From the human T2T-CHM13v2.0 reference genome, Homo sapiens: a stretch of DNA of 64,000 nt. Every line of letters starts with the position of its first letter. Positions within the stretch are counted from its first letter, which is position 1. This document shows positions 29,564 through 45,012 of the stretch, piece by piece. Location of the stretch: the NCBI RefSeq assembly GCF_009914755.1, contig NC_060930.1, one strand, 5' to 3'. The notes under the pieces were generated by a model. That model saw only the letters and a program-made list of their open reading frames with translations, was not told the DNA's origin and searched no databases. The position numbers and the translations under genes were made by a program.

Positions 29564-29744
29564 AATTACTCATGCTTTTATGTAAGCCCCATGGAGGCAA
29601 GGGCTACACTGTTCTCACAAATTTCTAACACCTTGCACAGTAGCTGGTATTATATATAGATGCTCAACATTTATTCAAAAGAAAAAAGGGGTGAATAAGG
29701 ACAAACACATAGAACAGCACAGCTCTAAAGCAATGAATGTAACT

Positions 29745-30295
29745 TGCTTTTTTATTTTCAGATTTATCATGGTATACCTAACAAATAATTATAGGTATTT
29801 AAGGTGTACAACTTCATGTTTTGATATTCATATACATTGTGAAATAATGACCACAGTAAAGCTAATTGACATATCCATCGCCTCCCATAATTATCTTTGT
29901 GTGTGTGATAATTACCTGTGTGTGTGTGTGTGAACATATTCACAGTGAGAATATGTAAGAGTTACCTCTTACCAAATTTCAAGTATACAATACGGTATTG
30001 TTAAACTATAGTCACATTGCTGTACATTAGATTTCCAGAAGTTATTCATCTTGCATAACTGAAACTTTCTAGTCTTTGACCATCTTCCCATTTCCCACTC
30101 CCCACTAGCTTCTGGCAATCACCATTCTACTCTCTGCTTCTATGAATTTGACTATTTTAGAGATTCCATATACAGTGAAATCATATAGTATTTGTCTTTC
30201 TGTTTCTGGCTTATTTCCCGTCAACATAATGTCCTTCATTTTCATTCATGTTGCAAATGGCAGGATTTTCCTCCTTTAAGGGCTTAACAATATTC

Positions 30296-30334
<39 letters not shown>

Positions 30335-33008
30335 TGTGAGATTTCTTTATACATTAATCTGTGGATGGACATTTAGGTTGTTTCCATACCTTGGCTATTG
30401 TTGAATCAGGCTGTAGTGAACACTGGGGTGCAGATAGCTCTATGAGATAATGATTTCATTCCCTTCAGGTTTATACCTAGAAGTAAGATTGCTGAATTAT
30501 TAAGGTAGCTCTATTTTTAATTTTTTGAGGAATCTCCCTACTGTTTTCCTTAATGACTATTTCAATTTACACTCCCACCAACAGTGTGTACAAGTGCTCC
30601 CTTTTCTCTACATCTTACCAACACATCTTTTATTTTATAATAGCCATTCTAACAGGTGTGAAGTGATATCTTATTGTGATTTTGATTTGTATTTCCCTGA
30701 TAATAAGCGATGTTGAGCACTTTTTAAGACTTATTGGCCATCTGTGGTTCTTCTTTTGAGAAATGTCTATTTATTTTTCTGCCCATTTTTGAGTCAGGTT
30801 ATTTGAGGGATTTTTTTTTTTTTTTTTTTTTTTGCTGTTGAGTTGTATGAGTTCTTCATATATTTTGGATATTAACCCTTATCAGATATACAGTTTGCAA
30901 ATAATGTTCTCCCAATCTGTAGGTTGCTCATTCAATGTTGGGTTTTGGGGGGGTTTATTTAGTTTTGGTTTTGAAGGCCTTTTACTTTTGTGTGTGTGTG
31001 GTTTTTGTTTTGTTTTATTTTGTTTTTGCTGTGCAGAAGCTTTTTAATTCAAATAACTTATCTGTATTTTTGTTTTTGTTGTCTGGCTTTTAGTGTCCTA
31101 TCCAAAAATTCATGCTCAGACCCATGCGAAGAAGCTTTTGTTTTATGTTTCCTTCCAGTAATTTTATGTTCTCAGGTCTTACACTTAAAACTTTAATTGA
31201 TTTGGAGTTGATTTTTTTATAGGGGGTGAAATAAAGGTCCAATTTCATTTTTCTGCATGTGGATATCCAGTTTTCCCAGCATGATTTGTTGTAGAAACTA
31301 TCACTTCCCCACTGGATTTTCTTTACATTCTTGTTGAAGATAAGTTGACCTTCTGGTGGACTTATTTTGGGGATCCCTTAATTTCCGTTTGTCTGTGTGT
31401 CTGTTTTTATGCCAATACTATACTATTTTGATTACTGTAGTCTTTATAGTATATTTTTAAATCAGGAAGTATGATGCCTCCAGCTTTGTTTTTCTTGATC
31501 AAGATTGCTTTGGTTATTTGGGATCTTTTGTAGTTTCATATAAATTTTAGGATTGTTTTTTCTATTTCTGTATAGAATGCAGAATTGAGGTTTCAGTAGG
31601 GATTGCATTGAATCTGTAGATCACTTTGGATAGTGTGGACACTTTAATAATATTAATTTTTCCAATACATGCATATGAATGTCTTTCCATTTATCTGTCT
31701 TTTTTTTTCTTCATCAGTGTTTTATAATTTTCATTGTACAAGTCTTTCGCCTCTTTGGTTCAGTTAATTCCTGAGTATTTTTTTCTTTTTATTGCTATTG
31801 TAAATGAGATTATTTTATTAATTTCTTTTTCAGGTAGCTCATTTTTTGTTTGTGTACAGATATGTCACTGATTTTTGTGTGTTGATTTTGTGTCCTGCAA
31901 CTTTACTGAATTCATTTGTTAGTTCTAACAGGATTTTTTGGTTGAGTCTTTAGTGTCTCCTACTTGTATAATTATGTTATCTGCAAACAGAGATAATTTT
32001 ACTTCTTTTTTTCTGATTTAAATGTTGATATGGTTTGAATTTGTGTTCTTGTCCAAATCTCGTTGAATTGTAATCCTCAGTGTTGGAGGTGGGACCTGTG
32101 GGAGATGTTTGGCTCATGGGGGCAGATTTCCACCTCAGTGTTGCTCTTGTGACAGTGAGTGAGTGCTCGTGAGATCTGGTTGTTTAAAAGTGTGTAGCAG
32201 CTCCCCACGCTTTCTCTCTCTCTTCCTCCTACTCTGGCTGTACAAATAAATGCCTGCATCCCCTTCGCCTTCTGCCATGATTTTAAGTTTTCCCCAGCCA
32301 TGCTTCCTGTACAGCCTGTGGAATCATAAGCCAATTAAACCTCTTTTCTTTATAAATTACCCAGTCTCCATTATTTATTTATAGCAATGCATGAACAGGC
32401 TAGTACAGATATCTTTTTGGGTCCAATTGCTCTGGTTATGACTTCTAGTACTATGTTGAATATAAGTGGCAAATGTGGGCATCCTTACTTTGTACTGGAT
32501 CTTAGAGGAAAAGCTTGCAGTTTTTTTTCCATTGATTATGATGTTAGCAGTGGGCTTTTCATATATGGCCTTTATTATGTTGAGGTAAGTTCCTTTTATG
32601 CCTAATTAGTTGAAAGGTTTTATGAGGAATTGATTTTGAATTTTGTCAAATGATCTTTCTGCATCTATTGAAATGATCATGTGGTTTTTGTCTTTCATTT
32701 TGTTAAGTTGGTATATCACATTTACTGATTTGCAATGTATTAAGCAATCCTTGCATCTCAGAGATAAATCCCACTGGTGTATTATTCTTCTATCTATGTT
32801 GCTGAATTTGGTTTGCTAGTATTTTATGGAGGGTTTTTGCATCTGTACTCTTCTGGGATGTTGCCCTGTAGTTTTCTTGTGGTGTTTTTGTCTGACTCTG
32901 GCAACAGGGTGAAAATGGCTTCATAAATTGAGTTTGGCAGTGTTCCTCTTCAATTTTTCAGAAGAGCTTAAGAGGAATCAGTATTCATTCTTCTTTGAAT
33001 GTTTGGTA
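29745..33008 (-). mobile_element. L1MA-like element (3'UTR plus ORF2 part), interrupted by an MST LTR and a (CT)n(GT)n microsatellite
   Basis: L1MA 3' end ('tatttaaggtgtacaac...catatacattgtgaaat') and degenerate antisense ORF2. Confidence 0.85.
32026..32407 (+). mobile_element. MSTA/MSTB solo LTR
   Basis: 'tgatatggtttg...ccaattaaacctcttttctttataaattacccagtctc...agtaca'. Confidence 0.88.
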
Positions 33009-33246
33009 ACTTGTTGCAAACTATTTTTTTTTTTTTTTTTTATTATACTCTAAGTTTTAGGGTACATGTGCACATTGTGCAGGTTAGTTACATATGTATA
33101 CATGTGCCATGCTGGTGCGCTGCACCCACTAATGTGTCATCTAGCATTAGGTATATCTCCCAATGCTATCCCTCCCCCCTCCCCCCACCCCACCACAGTC
33201 CCCAGAGTGTGATATTCCCCTTCCTGTGTCCATGTGATCTCATTGT

Positions 33247-37098
<3,852 letters not shown>

Positions 37099-37137
37099 TC
37101 ATTAGTTGATGCAGTTTCTTCCTAGTCTCGATGGTCT

Positions 37138-38154
37138 TTACATTTTGGCATGATTTTGCAGCGGCTGGTACCGGTTGTTCCTTTCCATGTTTAGCGCTTC
37201 CTTCAGGAGCTCTTTTAGGGCAGGCCTGGTGGTGACAAAATCTCTCAGCATTTGCTTGTCTATAAAGTATTTTATTTCTCCTTCACTTATGAAGCTTAGT
37301 TTGGCTGGATATGAAATTCTGGGTTGAAAATTCTTTTCTTTAAGAATGTTGAATATTGGCCCCCACTCTCTTCTGGCTTGTAGGGTTTCTGCCGAGAGAT
37401 CCGCTGTTAGTCTGATGGGCTTTCCTTTGAGGGTAACCCGACCTTTCTCTCTGGCTGCCCTTAACATTTTTTCCTTCATTTCAACTTTGGTGAATCTGAC
37501 AATTATGTGTCTTGGAGTTGCTCTTCTCGAGGAGTATCTTTGTGGCATTCTCTGTATTTCCTGAATCTGAACGTTGGCCTGCATTGCTAGATTGGGGAAG
37601 TTCTCCTGGATAATATCCTGCAGAGTGTTTTCCAACTTGGTTCCATTCTCCACATCACTTTCAGGTACACCAATCAGACGTAGATTTGGTCTTTTCACAT
37701 AGTCCCATATTTCTTGGAGGCTTTGCTCATTTCTTTTTATTCTTTTTTCTCTAAACTTCCCTTCTCGCTTCATTTCATTCATTTCATCTTCCATTGCTGA
37801 TACCCTTTCTTCCAGTTGATCGCATCGGCTCCTGAGGCTTCTGCATTCTTCACGTAGTTCTCGAGCCTTGGTTTTCAGCTCCATCAGCTCCTTTAAGCAC
37901 TTCTCTGTATTGGTTATTCTAGTTATACATTCTTCTAAATTTTTTTCAAAGTTTTCAACTTCTTTGCCTTTGGTTTGAATGTCCTCCCGTAGCTCAGAGT
38001 AATTTGATCGTCTGAAGCCTTCTTCTCTCAGCTCGTCAAAATCATTCTCCATCCAGCTTTGTTCTGTTGCTGGTGAGGAACTGCGTTCCTTTGGAGGAGG
38101 AGAGGCGCTCTGCGTTTTAGAGTTTCCAGTTTTTCTGTTCTGTTTTTTCCCCAT
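37138..38154 (-). CDS. L1 ORF1p (338 aa, open; R191M and T203M vs recalled L1HS consensus)
   Basis: MGKKQNRKTGNSKTQSASPPPK...NHAKM, full length. Confidence 0.95.
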   Translation of the reverse strand: MGKKQNRKTGNSKTQSASPPPKERSSSPATEQSWMENDFDELREEGFRRSNYSELREDIQTKGKEVENFEKNLEECITRITNTEKCLKELMELKTKARELREECRSLRSRCDQLEERVSAMEDEMNEMKREGKFREKRIKRNEQSLQEIWDYVKRPNLRLIGVPESDVENGTKLENTLQDIIQENFPNLAMQANVQIQEIQRMPQRYSSRRATPRHIIVRFTKVEMKEKMLRAAREKGRVTLKGKPIRLTADLSAETLQARREWGPIFNILKEKNFQPRISYPAKLSFISEGEIKYFIDKQMLRDFVTTRPALKELLKEALNMERNNRYQPLQNHAKM

Positions 38155-39048
38155 CTTTGTGGTTTTATCTACTTTTGGTCTTTGATGATGGTGATGTACA
38201 GATGAGTTTTCGGTGTAGATGTCCTTTCTGGTTGTTAGTTTTCCTTCTAACAGACAGGACCCTCAGCTGCAGGTCTGTTGGAATACCCTGCCGTGTGAGG
38301 TGTCAGTGTGCCCCTGCTGGGGGGTGCCTCCCAGTTAGGCTGCTCGGGGGTCAGGAGTCAGGGACCCACTTGAGGAGGCAGTCTGCCTGTTCTCAGATCT
38401 CCAGCTGCGTGCTGGGAGAACCACTGCTCTCTTCAAAGCTGTCAGACAGGGACATTTAAGTCTGCAGAGGTTACTGCTGCCTTTTTGTCTGTCTGTGCCC
38501 TGCCCCCAGAGGTGGAGTCTACAGAGGCAGGCAGGCCTCCTTGAGCTGTGGTGGGCTCCACCCAGTTCGAGCTTCCCGGCTGCTTTGTTTACCTAAGCAA
38601 GCCTGGGCAATGGCGGGCGCCCCTCCCCCAGCCTCGCTGCCGCCTTGCAGTTTGATCTCAGACTGCTGTGCTAGCAATCAGCGAGACTCCGTGGGCGTAG
38701 GACCCTCTGAGCCAGGTGTGGGATATAGTCTCGTGGTGCGCCGTTTCTTAAGCCGGTCTGAAAAGCGCAATATTCGGGTGGGAGTGACCCGATTTTCCAG
38801 GTGCGTCCGTCACCCCTTTCTTTGACTCGGAAAGGGAACTCCCTGACCCCTTGCGCTTCCCAGGTGAGGCAATGCCTCGCCCTGCTTCGGCTCGCGCACG
38901 GTGCGCACACACACTGGCCTGCGCCCACTGTCTGGCGCTCCCTAGTGAGATGAACCCGGTACCTCAGATGGAAATGCAGAAATCACCCGTCTTCTGCGTC
39001 GCTCACCCTGGGAGCTGTAGACCGGAGCTGTTCCTATTCGGCCATCTT
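38155..39048 (-). promoter_or_regulatory. L1 5'UTR CpG-rich internal promoter (sense and antisense); YY1 core at the extreme 5' end
   Basis: CpG-rich L1HS 5'UTR starting AAGATGGCCGAATAGG. Confidence 0.9.
38610..38825 (+). CDS. L1 antisense ORF0 (71 aa)
   Basis: MAGAPPPASLPPCSLISDCC...RCVRHPFL; internal donors CAG|GTGTGG (after 38715) and CAG|GTGCGT (after 38800). Confidence 0.85.
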   Translation: MAGAPPPASLPPCSLISDCCASNQRDSVGVGPSEPGVGYSLVVRRFLSRSEKRNIRVGVTRFSRCVRHPFL

Positions 39049-40419
39049 CGCAAACTATTAAATTAGACCAGATGTGAATGTAATAATATATAACATTTAT
39101 GCATTAATTTGCATGTGTTAATCATCATGCATAATGCTTTAACTCATTTTTATTTATTTTGATCCTATTTTGGGTTCTGAACAAAATTTACCCTGTTTCT
39201 TGTTTACACCACAAGGCCTTAAATGTTTTTAATCTCAGAAAGAAGTTTTAGGACACCAAGAATGTCTACCAAAAGATTATACATTACTCCCAGGGTTTAG
39301 AATAGTACTGGCATATAGTAGTGATTAATAAATGTTAGCAACTTTTTGTACTAATAGTAGTAGTAGTAAATCTGAGCTCGCCTTCCCTCCTTTATCTGAA
39401 ACTAAAAACTTCAAGCAAATTTGAGCAAACACCCTTGTATTGGTGCCTCAAATTTTGCCCACTTACTCAGAAAATTTATAAATGTATCCTGGTCATTTTA
39501 AAAATTTTAGGGCTAAAAGAACAAAGGTATATTTTAATGATTAAATTAACTAACAGCCTTAAGTCTTTCTGGGGTTCACTCCCACTAGTCCTTGCTTACA
39601 AGTAGATGTCTTGGTATCTTGATAGACTCAAAAGGAAAATGCACTTATTTTCCAAGTAGAGACAGAGAGAGAGAGAGAGAAAAGACATTGAAAACAGACA
39701 TGGAATTTGCGTCTGTTATTTATTCTTCCCTGAAACACTCTTACTCTGGCCAACACAAAGGTTCTTTACCCTCAAGGAAGTAGTGACTCTTCTTTGCTTA
39801 AGGAGTATTAATTTGTTAATATATAGTAGTCTGTATAACAAGGAGACCATAGTTGGTCCACGGTCTCATTAAGGACAGGATAAATGTTCTCCGAATCCTT
39901 TCATAATCCACATACAACAATCACTTGAGGTAAATACGATTTTCATTGCCAGTTTGAGAAACTGGGATTCAAGGACGTGAAATAATCTGCTTGAGACCTC
40001 AAATCTCTGATTCCAGAGCCCGTGATCTTAGGTACTGTGTGCTCCCTCCTACTCACATTAATGCCATTCATTTATATGGGGTTCTTTGTATTTCTCAACT
40101 ACACCCCTGGTATGAATTGTACTTGGTTAGTTCTCTGCTTGGCCTTTGCTCTTCGCACTGAGATCTGCTGAGGAGTGTAAATAAGGGCCAGGCTCTGCAG
40201 CACCATCCAGGTGCTATGTACCCCAATAATTTTCTGAGCTCTTCAGAGGAGAAAATAAGGTCAAAGTTTATTTCCCCCTCACTTACCCATGTTTCAGCAA
40301 TCAATCTACATTACCTTGCAAAGAGACCTAGAGATGAGTTTGCAGGAAAAACTTGGAGAAAATATAGAGAGGTCAGGACTGGCTACATGTGATTTTTTTT
40401 TTTCTAATTTCTAGTCTCC

Positions 40420-41650
40420 CTAGCCATAAAACTTTCTAATGTAAGAAATGGTCTTAGGGTAAAAGTCAAATTAATGGTGTGGCTATAATGTCCTTTGATT
40501 AGACTTTTTAAATATTTAAGGCATGACTAATGACCATCTCAATTAGACAAAAGATTTCTAGATATCTTAAGAGCACTTCAGAAAAGCCTAATCCAAAAAT
40601 AGCTGTAAATGTATGTGTAGAGAGAGATATTTCTTTAATTATATGACTCTTACTAAAACTAAGTATATTAAATCTATTACACAGAAAGCCAAAGAGTGAT
40701 TAAGAGGGTTGTACCAGCAAAACAACTATTACTTTGGCTTAAAAGGCCAGATATTGGTCAAATTATAAAGAAGATTTCTGGCCCCCCAGCTTTTTTCTAG
40801 CAAGAAGCAGTCTGAGCAAGTTATTTACTCAAGCATAGTCATTTCTTTTTTTAATGAAAAAGGGAAGACACTTTCGGCCAAGAACACAGAGAATGGAGCT
40901 ACAGGCCACTGACAACAATGGACCAGGGAACCACTTCCATTAAGCAGAAGAGTATAGTATACTGCAGAACAGCTTTCAGGGTAATACTACTGTGCCTTAA
41001 TCATGGAATGTTCCCTGCCTCCAGAGTAGGGACAACAGGCAATATTTTTCCTAGCAAGATTTCAGAATTGTTATGGACCAGTGACCGTTACATATCTCCT
41101 GTTTTTCCACTTTTGGAGTGTAAGTGTCTACTGTAGTCATCCTATTCCTGTATCACCATTGTATATTGATGTCATGTAGAACATAACTTTTCCCTTTGTT
41201 TCTCCAGATTCTAGATCAAGAGTAGCCACATCCAGATATAATGCAAATCACAAAATCCTGGACTTCAATCTTAATTCTATAATTAGATGACAGTTTTGGC
41301 ATCCTGTAATGAAAGTGAAGACATGCGGGAGGCATGTTAACATTTGTAATCAGCAGGCACATTGCAATAGAATATACAGTTGTCAACAAATATTTTCTTT
41401 TCATACACCCACACCTCTGCAATGTGACTTCACAGATCCATCAAGAGGTAGAAGATGTTTCTCAAATCTAGGTTCATTTTGAAACTTTCTTTGCCTAATG
41501 TAACATTAGCAAACATAAAGCAAGCAGAGTCCTAAACAATGCTTATGCATTGAGAATCGCCCTTTTTCTGCTTTTGGAACCTGCAGCTGTTAGCATGCAA
41601 GAAACACAGGTTGTCACTCCAATATACACCCTTACCAATTGCCATACATT
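40420..41650 (+). mobile_element. Old MLT1 internal plus LTR remnant
   Basis: MLT1-like motifs ('ctgcaatgtgactt...ccatcaagaggtaga'); heavily diverged; boundaries approximate. Confidence 0.5.
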
Positions 41651-43248
41651 TGAGATCAGTCTCACTAAGGATCATATTTTCCTAAAGAAATAAGCAACAT
41701 CCCTCCTCAGCCTAATCTTTATGTGTGATATTTTGGCCCACGTATGGTTTATTCCTTTGTTTTATTACCCAATTGGATCAGAACATGTAAGAGAAAGATT
41801 GGCATTATTTGGCCCTCATAGATCTCAGCAATGACAATGATGCTGCACTCCCTTCTTCTACACATGCAATTAAGGTTCAAGACAATTCTATACACCCCTG
41901 AAAGGAGACACTGATGATTTCTACATGTCTGACAATTGTATACAGTTGACTAAACAATAGCATTCACTACTGTACAATGGTAAAAGCCAAAGCACTATTC
42001 CTTCTTATGCAAATGGTTGTTAGGGCTTTTAGATGTCACTTCTTGGGAATCAACACAAAGCAAACCTGAAATTCTGATTCTGAGAAGATGGGAATATACA
42101 CAAATATCTCTTATCTAACCATTCTGAGGGATCATTAAGTTGTCCATGTTTATTTGTTCCTATCCAGCACAGTACTCCTATTCAATGAGAACACTGTCCC
42201 CTGTTTATTGGTTACAAATACATGTATCATGCAGTCACTTCTCCACTTGCTGGAAGAAAGCAATGACATTGTCTGGAGTTACAATCTTTGGCAGATCACA
42301 AGAAAATGAGAAAGGCAAGTGAAGAAAGCAAATATAATCAATGATTAGCTGTATGACATTATAGGTGGATGGAAGATAGTAAGCAGATATGTAAGTCGGA
42401 AGGTAGTTACTGGTCTGTCTTGGTGCCTGCTGGTCCTCAACACCCATAACAATGTCTTACAGATGATGTATCTGCTGAAGGACAAAAGAAAGGATGGGAA
42501 GGATTGTTCTCATGATATGTGCTAGCTCCTGGCCTTGCCTTAATTAGTAGTTCGCTATCTTTTTCCTTAGCCCAGAGATCTAATTACAGATTTTTCCATG
42601 TCTGTGGCAAGCATTCAACAACTAGACAAATATAGCAATACATCAATAATATTCAATAATGCAATAACTATTATATCCTGTGTTAACAATTTCTTAAGAT
42701 TTCCCAGAAATTAATTATACTCTATGGAAGTAAACAATAAAGAATCAGGAATATTTCCCATGTACTTTTCCTTTAGGACACACCTAAATAAAATAAAAAG
42801 GAAAAGAAAAAGATTACTTCAACATTATCAGAGAAAACTCCAAGCTAAAGAGCCCGCTAATTTAGATACAGTCCATTTTTAGGTAATTGCAGAAGCGTTG
42901 AGTGCTCAGAACCTTTGTGGGGGTGGCCTCTTGCTTTGCTGGCACTCCTGGCTGGCTGGCTGGCTGGCTGGCTATGCTGACAGTGTAAGTCAAGGGATTA
43001 TTAGATTGGCCACATGCTCTCTGCTTTTGTTTCTTTGTTTTTGTTTTGTTTTGGGACAGAGATAGGAAGGTTGAATGGGGCCCCAGAGATCTAAGAGTAA
43101 AGGAGGAGGGGAGAGAAATTTGTAGTGATGAGTGTTTTCTGCTGTAAGAGTCCTGAGAGAATGTAAGAGTTTGATTCTGGCAGAAGCAAACTGGCAATGT
43201 GGGTCAAGAATTAACCAACAGGAATGCCAGGATAACATCTCCTGAGAC

Positions 43249-43287
43249 ATGTCTCTAAATTACATCAAAAACTTCTATGAAGGATGT
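43249..43287 (+). CDS. GJE1: GJE1 coding exon 1 (MSLNYIKNFYEGC)
   Basis: ATG at 43249; donor TGT|GTAAGT, phase 0. Confidence 0.88.
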
Positions 43288-43939
43288 GTAAGTATTATAC
43301 AAACAAAAAATCAATTGTATGAGTCTTTTCTGAGTATTTTACCCTGAATTGCATAAGTCTTGGTGAATAAATTCTCTACATCTATGGAGAATACTGTTAA
43401 GTGTCAACCATATACTTCAAAATATTCTGAATTTAAAACTATAAAGAGAAAAATTCAGGAAGTGTCTTTAGATGTTGGTGTTTTAGTGTGGCTCACTCTC
43501 TCAATTCCCTAATTAAGAAGCAGAGGAAAAAAGCTTTAACTACAATTAATAAACATTATTTGGTTGTTAAGATAGTGTACGGACTGAGCTTACTACTGGA
43601 TTTTTTATCTAATTTTCAAAAAGAAGTATTAGATATTCTGATTTTATTTCAAAGGGATTATAATGGTGGGGATATTAATTGAATTCAAAGCTGTATAAAT
43701 ATTTCCAAAATTACACATTTGATTAGCCACATGTCCCTATCAACTATTGCTTTTCATATTTTAAGAGTGAGAAATCTCATAATGCAGGAATTATATTTGA
43801 TTTGATGATCTCTAAGGGTCTATTTGGCTTCAAAACTTCTTGACTCTTACATTTTTTAAATGTGATATAAGGATTTTTTTAAATGTCCTCCTTTAATGTT
43901 TGTGTTTAAAAGATTTTTTTTCTCCTAAAACCATAACAG

Positions 43940-44122
43940 GTTAAACCTCCAACTGTGATTGGTCAATTCCACACCCTTTTCTTTGGATCGATCCGAATAT
44001 TCTTCCTCGGGGTGCTAGGCTTTGCAGTTTATGGGAATGAGGCCTTGCACTTCATTTGCGATCCAGACAAAAGAGAAGTAAATCTCTTCTGTTACAATCA
44101 GTTCAGGCCAATCACTCCACAA
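43940..44122 (+). CDS. GJE1: GJE1 coding exon 2 (TM1 and extracellular loop 1)
   Basis: Acceptor aacAG|GTT; 61 codons including C53 and C64; donor CAA|GTAAGT (weak in-frame alternative TCT|GTGTGC after 44134). Confidence 0.92.
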
Positions 44123-44619
44123 GTAAGTTTTTCTGTGTGCACATAAACATTAACTCTACAACAAACTCATTTTCTCTTTAAATGTAAAATAATGTCATAA
44201 TATGAGAAATACCCTAACAGGTTTTTTGTTCCTAAGGATTATGTTACTTTTTCTTTAATTAGCTGTATATTTCAGATAAATTGAGTTTTGGGGAGTTTCT
44301 TCCAATTCTGGCATTTTATTATCTACTAATGTTATCATTATTCTCCAGATCTATATTTGGGATATAGACTAGCTGTCTAATAAAATAAACTACTTCATCA
44401 TTATCAGTCATTGAGAGGCAATTACAGTAATATATGACTATGTTTTCACAATAAATATGTTCAACATTACTACCTTCATTATATTAAGACACATATAAGA
44501 TTTTTATGAAACTTGGAATTTTTAAATTAGACTCTGTTGAGAGTTAGTGGGGTTTTTTTAGTGTATTTTAGTTACATATTGATTAATTGATTTACTAAGA
44601 TATTTCTGACATACTTTAG

Positions 44620-45012
44620 GTGTTCTAGGCATTACAACTAGTTATTGTCCTGGTTCCTGGAGCTCTTTTCCACCTTTATGCTGAATGTAAAAGCATCAAT
44701 CAAGAATGCATTCTTCAAAAGCCTATCTACACTATAATTTATATACTCTCTGTTTTATTAAGAATTAGTCTAGCGGCAATAGCATTCTGGCTTCAGATTT
44801 ACCTCTTTGGTTTCCAAGTAAAATCTCTTTACCTGTGTGATGCTAGATCTCTTGGGGAAAACATGATTATAAGATGCATGGTTCCAGAACACTTTGAAAA
44901 AACCATTTTTCTCATTGCAATAAATACATTTACAACAATTACAATTTTATTATTTGTTGCTGAGATTTTTGAGATCATATTTAGAAGATTATACTTTCCA
45001 TTCAGACAATGA
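44620..45012 (+). CDS. GJE1: GJE1 coding exon 3 (TM2-TM4); TAG at 44626-44628, open from 44629 to TGA 45010-45012
   Basis: Acceptor tttAG|GTG; ALQLVIV...LYLC...RCMVPEHFEKTIF...FRQ. Confidence 0.9.

Larger units (their letters stand above)
43249..45012 (+). pseudogene. GJE1: Gap junction epsilon-1 (connexin 23) gene; 3 coding exons; premature TAG at codon 77 with the consensus splice sites
   Basis: Splices to MSLNYIKNFYEGC/VKPPTVIGQF...PITPQ/VF*ALQL...EKTIF...FRQ*: four hydrophobic segments, connexin motifs and GT-AG introns. Confidence 0.9.

Noticed and set aside
29194-29628. Five overlapping repetitive ORFs (MHAHVYVY..., CMHIHIYM...)
   Set aside because: By-products of the stop-free 24-bp VNTR; no splice or promoter context.
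38851-39066. 71-aa + strand ORF as L1 ORF0
   Set aside because: Same length by coincidence; the real ORF0 is MAGAPPP... at 38610-38825.
43955-44146. 63-aa single-exon ORF
   Set aside because: It is GJE1 exon 2 read from an internal GTG into the intron.
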